From positions 210,001 through 242,000 of the forward strand of contig BAAFHK010000002.1 in NCBI GenBank assembly GCA_042852035.1: 32,000 nt of DNA, given 5' to 3'. Source of the DNA: Candidatus Saccharimonadota bacterium (lineage in GTDB: Bacteria > Patescibacteriota > Gracilibacteria > BD1-5 > UBA2023). Both the position numbers and the translations under genes were made by a program. The notes below the pieces were generated by a model. That model had not been told where the DNA came from. It searched no databases and worked only from the letters and a program-made list of their open reading frames with translations. Each line of letters begins with the position of its first letter. The stretch's first letter is position 1. This document shows positions 10,151 to 18,553 of the stretch, piece after piece.

Positions 10151-13100
10151 CTATAAGCCTAATTTATCTTCTATAAATTTGAATATAGGTATAAATCAGT
10201 CAAATAAATCATTTCATAATTCTTTAGTATTTCCTAGCATTCATTTTCAAAGCTCTTCTATAAGTGTCGCAAAATTACATTTTAACTTATCTCATCAGAT
10301 TTCAAGGTAGCTAGAAGAGTTTGGTAAATTAATCTTTCTAAATAATGGACTTTCACAAAATTTATAATCTTTATCAAAGACTTTATTTAATGAATCCTTT
10401 TTTCAATAAAATAAATGCTCTATTGTTAACTGAGCCTTCTCTTGTAGATGAATGAATCAGCTACTATCATCTTGGATTTGAGGATTAATTTTTACTTGGT
10501 ATTGAATCTCATGATGTAAATCTTCAAAAGGTAAGGTTAATATATAGAAATCTAAACTTGTATGCTTTTTATAAATTCATTCATAACTTAATTCTTTTCA
10601 CCATTCCTTCTCTTTAAATCAGATTTTATATCTATTTGGATTATCTATTGAACTAAAACCCTCAAAATCGAAATCAAAAAGTCAGAACCTTATATTGACT
10701 CTTTGATACTCTTGAATATCAGTATACATTTGCTTAAGTATTCAGCTTGCTCATCATCAAATAAGGATACGTAATCAAAATTTCTTTATTTTTCACTGAA
10801 ATTCTAAAACCTCTTTCGCAATTTTAACTATTTGATAATCTGTCTTTCATTCTACATATAGAATAGTATTTAAAGAGGTATTTTCAATATATGACTCTAA
10901 AGAGCTAATCTTTGTAATAAGTTCATTTCTGACTTCTTTTTCCTTAACAAGACTCTCATTTATTTTATTAAATTTATCTTTCCAAGATAATGCCTCGGTT
11001 ATTAACTCATCTTTTAATTTTACCTTAAATTTCTCCTTTATTTTAGGCAGATATTTATATTCGAAGTTCTCGGTTGAGCGTCATTTATTTATGCTGACGA
11101 GATTTATAATAACCCGATACAGTCATTTATTTCATATTGATAAAAAATATCTTGTACAAGCATCTTGTATGTAATCGTAATAGTGGTAGTTTCGTTTTGT
11201 AAATGAATCTTTAAGAAGCTCTAGAAATGCTTTCTTAAATGATTTATCTTTTAAGTATCAGAATGGATCTATAAAGTTCCTTTCACTTGTTATTTCGTTT
11301 TCAAAGTCTGAAGGGGAATATACCACTAATTCTGGGTGATCAAATTTCATCTCAACTCAATGAAGATTCATAATCTTACTTATTCTCCATTGAGTAGCCT
11401 CATTATCTTGAAAATGCTTCACTAATATCTTATTAGATATATCTGATAGTGGATTTTCTGTAATTATTCAATCATTTCTATCTTTAAAATAAGAAAATAA
11501 ATCCTTTATATCTTCATAGGTAAAAAATGGAATTTTTCCAGATTTCTTTCGAGGTTGTCTATATATAAAATTTAGTAACTCCTCTTTATTATACTGAGAT
11601 ATCTCCTCATCTAGAAGTATCGATTTCAGAGTTTTTGTAACATCATTAACGTATGTTTTTGTCTTGAATTGTGCAATTTGTTTTTCTAACAAGTGAATAA
11701 AATTACCAGTCATATGGTACTTTAATCCATCAGTTCTTGATCAGTCATAAACAGAAATAATATATCTTATTGTTTTAGGGTTTAGCTTATATCATTTATC
11801 TAAAAGCTCCATTATAATGCTTAGTCACTCGCTATAAGCGAAAGGCAGATAAGAGTATATTTTATCTTTAAACTTTCATAGATCAATTCACAATGATTTT
11901 CATACAATCAAGGTGGTCTCAAAGTAGTGTTGTACATACCAATCACTTGTGTATTGTGAGGATCAATTAATTTCTCTTTTTTCAAAAATTAATTCAGCTT
12001 TTTTAGGATCTAAAGTTTTATCTTCAAGAAATTCAATTATCTTATCTTTTAATAATTTTGTTTGTTTTGTATTAAATAATTCTTTTTCAGTGTGATACTT
12101 ATAGACTAAAAAATAAAAGTTATTATATCATTTTAAATATTTAAATCCAAGTTCTATTTCTTCAAATCTTTTCTTATTTCTTTCTTCTAGCTCTTTATCA
12201 TTCTTTTCTTTGTAATGCTTTCTTGTTTCCTCAATATTAGCGATTTCATCTTTTAGATTTTTTTCAAATTCTATTAGTAATCCATCTTTTATATCAGAGG
12301 AAATGCTACTTTGATATTTAATATATTCATATAATGGAAAGTCAATTCTCCATTGATTTTTTTGTTTTTCATTTTCACAGAAACTTACTATTTCCTCCTT
12401 GGTTAAAAGCTTAGAAAGAATAAACTGCAAATGAGTGTCGTAAGAAAGTAAAATTTCTGCTCTATCTTCGTTTTCTGGTATTATATCTGAAAGATTGAGT
12501 CATAAGATTTGTGTAAAATAATTACTACCACTACTTTGTAGGTCTTGTAACATATAATCAACAATTGATGCTTCTTTTAATAGGCTACTAAAGCCATCAT
12601 ATGGTCTAGATAGTAAGCAAAGCTTCTTGAAGATTCCTTTAATGATTTCAAATATTACCTCAAGATAAGCATCATTACCCTTTATTCGGTCCAGAAATAA
12701 TCGAGCACTTTCTTTTTCTATAGACAATACAGCATCAATTTGCGTTTTTCAAATTATCCCATTAGTGTTTATGCTAATTTCTTTAGAAATTTCTCGAAGT
12801 AGCCCTAATAATAAATTTTCTGGAATTTTAGAAAAATACTTATTAAAATCCCTATGCATAGAATAAGGATAAATAGTTTTTTCGTAGGTTAATTTGAAAG
12901 CTTTTAGTAGTTCGCTATAGTTCTCATTTTCTCAAAATATCTTTATAAAAAAATATCACCATATATGTTCATATGATTCTTCTATCGCTCTATTGAACCA
13001 TTCTGTAAAGTAATCAATATTTTTTTGTCGAGTAGCGTATATTATCTCTAGGGCATCAATTCTAACATTATCAGAAGAATGACTATCTAATATTCATTCC

Positions 13101-13411
13101 ATTCTTGAGCATATTAAACTTAGTGTCTCTTGATTTAAGATTTTATTATTTTCAATCAACTTACATAGTAGATTTAAAAGATTATACGTATCAATATAAG
13201 TTTCTTTACTTATCGAATCAGTAAGCGTTTCTAAAATAAAGTTAGTATCTTCATTTTCATTGAACCTTAAAATTAATATTTTAACTTCATTTTCTTTATC
13301 AGAGAAAGGTCAAAAAAGTTCTATTTTATCTTTTTGTATAAGAATGAATTCTTGTTGAAATTTAGAGGGCATATATATGATTTTATCGTTTAATACATTG
13401 TAGATTTTCAT
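10151..13411 (-). CDS. Orphan 1,086-aa protein with a C-terminal TOPRIM/DUF4435-like motif triad
   Basis: I checked every codon of this frame by hand from ATG 13409-13411 to TAG 10151-10153. There is no TAA/TAG, and there are about 39 in-frame TGA. An in-frame TAA lies just upstream at 13418-13420. Track fragments 11468..11713, 12128..12430 and 12500..12727 all share the frame. The motifs are LYVEG(TGA)KTD (10838-10855), IGGGASG (10742-10762) and FDFDFEG (10658-10675). Confidence 0.8.
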
Positions 13412-13547
13412 ACAATATTACAAGTCTAATTATTGCAATATTCAAATAGTCTATATAATAAAATTCTTCTGAAAGTCTTAGTTTCACTCCTGGTTTTAAT
13501 GGCGCCATTCTATCAAATTTATTTTGCTTATAATGATACTATTAACT

Positions 13548-13745
13548 CTATGAAAACAATTCAATCATTTTCATCTGATACTTGCTATATGCAAGATACA
13601 GACTGTCGAGATATTCTTGTACCAAGTGCTGGTCGTTCTGCTGGTTGCCCTTGAGGGCTAAAAGCACAAAGTCATTAGTATATCTAGGAGAATTATGATA
13701 TAAGGAGAGACCATAGTGTGGCTCATAACCACAGACCAGCACCAT
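13548..13745 (-). CDS. Doubtful small ORF (65 aa) in the GC-richer intergenic patch
   Basis: It runs from ATG 13745 to TAG 13548-13550 (MVLVCGYEPHYGLSLYHNSPRYTNDFVLLALKG...). It overlaps an equally plausible 59-codon plus-strand ORF (13499..13678). The patch may be RNA rather than coding. Confidence 0.2.
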   Translation of the reverse strand: MVLVCGYEPHYGLSLYHNSPRYTNDFVLLALKGNQQNDQHLVQEYLDSLYLAYSKYQMKMIELFS

Positions 13746-13801
13746 AAAGCTTAAAATATTTATCAACTATAAATGATAGATATTTTGTTATTAACTTTTA
13801 T

Positions 13802-14371
13802 TTACTTCTTACAAGAATGAGTAGATATGATATATTTATATCATTTTCAATATGTTTTTTCGCAATATATATTTGCTTTAGTGAGATCATATGTGATAAA
13901 TTTTGTACTTTTTATTGAATAAGAAATTTGGTTATCTATGAAAAAGTCCCCCTTTTCTAATTCATTATTATACATAAGATTCACTACAAATTTCTTTCAC
14001 TTATAGTTTTTTGGTAAGGTAAATTTATCAACTGTAATTTCAGCAATAGTAGGAATTGAATAGCGATCATTGTATTGAATTTTCATTATTCATTTTTTTA
14101 CAGATAGGATATTAATATAAGTTGAATAGGCTTTATTTGTAAACATTCAATTTTCCCACTGATGCCCCATCATTGATAGTCTACACCATTGCTCTGGAGT
14201 ATACCATTTACTTCATCAGAATTCGGCATATATCATCTTTTGTATTTTGATACAATTAGGATAAACCTCTGTCTGATCAAATATTCATTCTCAATTTTTA
14301 GCATATGAATCAGTATGAATCATCGCAGACGATAAAGAAATAATCAGAAAGTATATAATTCTTTTAAACAT
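13802..14371 (-). CDS. Small secreted hypothetical protein (189 aa, 4 Cys)
   Basis: Code-25 ORF from ATG 14369-14371 to TAA 13802-13804, absent from the track because of about 10 TGA. It has a signal-peptide-like N-terminus (MFKRIIYFLIISLSSAMIHTDSYA). I recognise no family. Confidence 0.6.
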
Positions 14372-14376
14372 AGAAA

Positions 14377-14400
14377 TAGCGTTATAAAAGTATAACGCTA
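14377..14400. repeat. Perfect 10-bp inverted repeat (palindrome) with a 4-nt spacer
   Basis: The sequence is tagcgttata aaag tataacgcta. It lies 6 nt from the start codon of the secreted-protein gene. Confidence 0.7.
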
Positions 14401-14416
14401 AAAAGTATTTTGTGAT

Positions 14417-14558
14417 GTTTTAGCAAACAAAAGGGCAACCTAAGTGTCCAATGTTCGCTAAAACGTATCTTTTCTAACCTTCAAAAGGAATGAAAAGGGG
14501 GACAACAATAAGTTGCCCTTCTCTTTCTTGAAAGTTAGAAAACACAGATACATTTTAG
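14417..14558 (+). other. Nested and mutually exclusive helices; candidate ncRNA, leader or recombination-site region
   Basis: Helices are gttttagc (14417-14424) / gctaaaac (14457-14464); ttttctaac (14470-14478) / gttagaaaa (14534-14542); and ttcaa (14480-14484) / ttgaa (14528-14532). In addition, gttgccctt (14512-14520) can pair perfectly with aagggcaac (14431-14439) or imperfectly with aagggggacaac (14495-14506). A 22-codon mini-ORF lies at 14490..14558. Confidence 0.35.
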
Positions 14559-14656
14559 CTGAAATATTGTACTCAAAACTTGAATTTTTGCAATCCACGA
14601 CCATTGTCTTTTTCCTAATAAAAGTATAATTCTACTTATGTGTTCCTTATATTTTG

Positions 14657-14756
14657 CTTTTCTCTTTTCTTTTTAATGTGGTGTTGAAAGGAAGGAGAAA
14701 AGGAAGAAGTAAAAACATATTAAATTTCGTCTATACGGACGACTAACCAACACCAC
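14657..14756 (+). promoter_or_regulatory. Structured 5' leader of the recombinase gene (pyrimidine/purine hairpin plus possible pseudoknot)
   Basis: A 16-bp stem pairs 14657-14672 (cttttctcttttcttt) with 14687-14702, including two G-U pairs that exist only in the plus-strand RNA. Loop segment gtggtgttg (14678-14686) is perfectly complementary to caacaccac (14748-14756), 3 nt before the ATG. A candidate -10 TATAAT lies at 14625-14630. Confidence 0.4.
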
Positions 14757-14759
14757 AGT

Positions 14760-16880
14760 ATGACTACACCACAAGTCAAAACCTCTAAGCTTAAAACGCC
14801 AATATTCGCCTATCTAAGACGAAGTACCAAAGATAAACAAGAGGTATCATTAGAAAATCAAGCTGATAACATCGATTTGATAATAAAGGATAATTGATTT
14901 TCAAAGGATGATGTAGTATTTTTTGAGGAGTCTCGTTCTGCTTATGACTGAATTAAACAGAGATGAACAAGTGCTATTGTTCGAAAAAGAATTGAGTTTG
15001 ATAAAATGCTAAAAGCAATAGATCAGTCAAATATTCCTTGTATTATTCTGGTAAGAGACTCTTCTCGTTTATCAAGAAATCAAATAGATAATATTGAAAT
15101 TCAAAAAAGACTTTTTGGTATATATGGTAATCAAAATAAAATTCAAAAGATAATATTCTACTGATGAGAATTTTGGACAAAAGATAGTGACAGAATTATT
15201 GTTGATAACTGTTTAGCAAAGAATTATCACGAAAGTATTACTACTTGAGCAAGGTCGCAAAATGGCGTTATCGCACAGTTGAGACGAGGATATTTTGTTT
15301 ATAATCCACCATTCTGACTGAATAAGATAAAAAAATGAACAGCAGTATACTTAGAGAGAAATGACAAAATATCCTTTGTTAAAAGAGCTTTCGAAATGAA
15401 GATTGAATGATATAACCATAAAAAGATTTGTGAATACCTACAAAAAGAAGGTTGATATAAGATTGACGATAAGCATTTAACAGAAAGAATCTTCAATAAT
15501 ACTATCTATATCTGAACATATACTCATCCAACTGTCTGAGAGATTTTTGAGTGACTTCAATTTCTTGAATGAGAACCTCCAATTAGTAAGGAATTATGGA
15601 ACAAAACGCAAAATGTTTTATGAAAAAAGAAGTCTCGATATGGGGAACTTCAAGAATGAGATATTTTGTGAGATAAATTGAGGACGCCAAATGGTAGAAG
15701 AATGAGCCGATATTTTGCTAAAGATATATATATCCAATACACAAATGCTATAGAGAAAATATATATTGCGGAGAGAGCTATATTGGAATGATTTATAGAT
15801 CAAATCAAAATTATACTTGAATCAATAATGTTTCAGCATTTTTTGATATATGCGAACGATGTAAGAAAAGCTAAGATTGATACCAAAATTAGAAAAGAAG
15901 ATGCTATAAAACGATGAAAGAAAGCATTAAAAGAAATGTGAAAATCCATTTCGGATTTTCACAAGCCAGTTATTGATAATGAACTAGGGTATTCTTGAGA
16001 AGAAAAAGAAAAACTGAAAGCAGAATTGGAAGAAAGTTTTCTAAAAGAATTATGAGAATGATTGATACTCGATGAGATGATTGCCAAGGAGGATGGCAAG
16101 GGGGATGATTGGTTTTTAGAGGCTTATGATATGTGGAAGTCTGCATCTTATAAGACGTTTGCTGAGTGAGTTGAGCAGAAAGAGTCAATTAATTTGCACT
16201 CACTTTATGATGTCCAAAAAGAAGAGATCCGTAAACTGCAAAAAGCAAAACTTCATTTAGAAGAAGTCAATAATAACGCAACTAGCTTAGTAGCAGACGG
16301 AACTATTTCGAAAGAAAATTATACAAAACTTATAGAAAAGAATGCAATGGAAGTATCTTTGATTGATGAAAGAATAGCTGATGCAGAAAAAACTTGAGAA
16401 TTACAACAATATTTGGACCGATTGCCAGAGGTTCTTCAAAAAACTTTTGAACTAGCTAGTAGAGTAGACCAGAAAAAGGAAATCAAGGATATGAGGGATG
16501 AAATAATCAAGCTTATACAAATTACTACTTTCGAACTCGAAATTAATAACAAAAAAGAGCTTAAAATAAAGCTCTATGATGTGCTTACATCACTTTTTTT
16601 TTGAAATAAGTCCCTAATGGAGCCACTGGCGGGAATCGAACCCGCGACCGCGCCCTTACCATGGGCGTGCTCTACCACTGAGCCACAGTGGCAAAAAATA
16701 TTTAAATTGCGCTGAATTTGAATAAAAACAAGTGTTTCCTCTTCAAACTTCATATTTTCAATATTTTCACCGACTCATAAATTATATGAGCTCACTGAGT
16801 ATAAAGTTTTCTCGAAAAATTCAAGCTTCAGTAGGAAGAATTTTATCTTCAGAAATTCTTATAAGTCATCAGGCCTGTAG
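14760..16880 (+). CDS. Large serine recombinase (integrase); the recognisable protein ends near 16601 and the literal code-25 frame continues to TAG 16878-16880
   Basis: The resolvase catalytic domain reads FAYLRRS(14823-14825)TKDKQ ... ILVRDSSRLSRN. The recombinase domain reads RRGYFVYNPPFG(TGA)LNK and AFEMKIEGYNHKKICEYLQKEG. A long C-terminal coiled coil follows. There are about 25 in-frame TGA. Track ORFs 16194..16397 and 16413..16604 are in the same frame. Confidence 0.85.
16618..16692 (-). tRNA. tRNA-Thr (anticodon GGU), CCA encoded
   Basis: It folds as a cloverleaf by hand. The acceptor stem is GCCACTG/CAGTGGC, the D stem GCTC/GAGC, the anticodon stem CGCCC/GGGCG with loop A-T-GGT-A-A, and the T arm GCGGG-TTCGATT-CCCGC. 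The discriminator is T, followed by CCA. Confidence 0.9.
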
Positions 16881-17897
16881 TGAATTCAATTTCTCTTTAT
16901 TGAATCAGTCATTTTTGAGTGAAAAGGTACGGAAGTCATGTATTACTTTTTCGAGTCGTATTTGTTCTGGACTGAGTGTGTCATCATAGGATATGCCTCA
17001 TTTATAGTAGGCTTGAAAGCTTGATTCATTTTCCCAGCGTCTTCCATCATGATAACTGGATGCCGACAGCCCAAATCCAATAGAATTCTCATGTTTCCAG
17101 TAACCCTGATTATGAGTACATTCAAATCAAGGTTTTGCCCAATTTGAGATTTCATAGTGATTCCATCAAATACCTTCAAGATAGTTGCAAATCTGACGAT
17201 ATTCTTCTTCCATTTCTTCTTCGGTTATGGAAATATTTTTCCAGTCTTTCGGGTAGAGTCAATTTTCAAGCATATAAACACTTGTATGGGTAATGCATGA
17301 ATACGATTGATGGAGAAACTTTAGGGACTTAAGTATTTCTCCCTTTTTTCAAAAGGGGAGTCATAGTATAAGGTCTATATTTAATGATATTTTCTTATCC
17401 CCAAATGACTCTATTGCTTCTTTAATATGGGAAAGTGCTGAAATAATCGTTCATGAGCTACTGCGATGAATCTTTTTGAGAGACGTATCACTAAGGCTTT
17501 GTACCCCTATAGAAATTCTATTAATTCAAAGACTTATAAGTCAACTTATATAATCTCCTGATACATCTTCAGGATTGCATTCAATGGTAATTTCAGGATT
17601 CTCAGAAGTATTTTTCCGTCAAGGAAAGCACTGAAGTATTTCTGCTACTTCATCAATCGTGAGAATAGAGGGAGTTCATCAGCCAAAATAAAGAGTATTC
17701 CATATGAAAGATTCTTGAGGATCGTAGGTCCTGAAGTGCTCATGAATCTCATTTTTAAGAAAAGCAATATACCTCCGTTTTTTAGCAGTGTCAAATATGG
17801 GGGTAAGTGCAAATTTACAATAAGGACACTTTTGTCGACAAAATGGAATATGAATATAAAAGTTCCGAACTATAGGAGAATAAATTATGGCTATATA
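16782..17897 (-). CDS. hemW: Radical SAM heme chaperone HemW / oxygen-independent coproporphyrinogen oxidase-like protein
   Basis: Motifs are YIHIPFCRQKCPYC (CxxxCxxC), YFGG(TGA,TGA)GTPS and the HemN-family ISNWAKPG(TGA)FECTHNQGYW. It ends in TAA at 16782-16784. No ATG/GTG/TTG lies upstream of the Fe-S motif. Track ORF 16943..17179 is an off-frame shadow. Confidence 0.8.
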
Positions 17898-17900
17898 TTA

Positions 17901-17921
17901 TAAAAACGCCCAATGAGGGCG
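17901..17921 (-). terminator. Rho-independent terminator after adk
   Basis: The stem is cgccc (17907-17911) / gggcg (17917-17921) with loop aatga. A U-run follows on the minus strand (plus aaaaa, 17902-17906). Confidence 0.55.
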
Positions 17922-17929
17922 AGTGTTTT

Positions 17930-18553
17930 TTAGAGGGCTTTTGCTTCGATATCTTGAAAAATTTCTTCTTCTCATTGGTTGGCATTTATAACGTGAACAG
18001 TGTGCCCATGTTCCCTCCAAACATCCAAAAGGGGAAGTGTGTCAGATATGGACCAAGAGATACGTTTTCGTATTGCATCTTCCTTATCGTCATCACGAGT
18101 GACGAGTTTATTGCCAGTTTTTGGATTAATATCTCAAGTAAAACTTGCTGGGAATGTCTCCTGAGTGACAGGATCAATACGACGACCACAGAGACGTTTT
18201 ACAGCAGTTTCTTCATCCAATTCTAGATAAATAACATCAAAATTTCCCCATACCTTCTCCATTGCATCATTTTGTTCTTTTGATCGAATAGCTCAATCTA
18301 TAAGGATGTGTTTATCTTTATTTTCATCTATAAATTTCTTTGAAAGTCGTACGATATATTCTGTTGGAACTTTTAGTCCTTGATCCATAAACGATTTTGC
18401 ATGAATTCCATCTGGTGTACCACTTTGGATGAGTTTTCTGAGTTCACCACCCATCTCAAAGAGAATATAATTATTTTGATATTTCTCGAGGATCTTTCTT
18501 GCTTGAGTTCCTTTTCCTGATCATTGTATCCCGACAAGCATGATATTTTTCAT
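17930..18553 (-). CDS. adk: Adenylate kinase
   Basis: 207 aa with TGA=Gly. The P-loop is MLVGIQG(TGA)SGKGTQA. Other motifs are ILIDG(TGA)AIRS and the LID-region CGRRIDPVT. It ends in TAA at 17930-17932. Confidence 0.95.

Larger units (their letters stand above)
9895..16617. mobile_element. AT-rich integrative island between tRNA-Thr and the secE-nusG operon, carrying a large serine recombinase
   Basis: Composition drops sharply: sampled 60-nt lines give about 22% GC at 10141-10200 versus about 43% at 9061-9120. The recombinase gene abuts the tRNA-Thr 3' end. A native-looking terminator and promoter lie just outside the left edge. The left boundary can only be placed between 9895 and 10150. 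Confidence 0.55.

Noticed and set aside
13548-13766. The small minus-strand ORF contains RYTNDFVLLA, reminiscent of the reverse-transcriptase YxDD block (RYADDFVI), which would suggest a retron or group II intron remnant.
   Set aside because: The catalytic Asp pair is not intact (T-N-D). No other RT motifs are present in the 65 residues, and no RT-sized ORF exists nearby.
16943-17179. A 78-aa minus-strand track ORF inside the hemW region.
   Set aside because: It is in the wrong frame. The adjacent frame carries the HemN-family NWAKPGFECTHNQGYW motif but contains TGA, so only the off-frame shadow reached the track.
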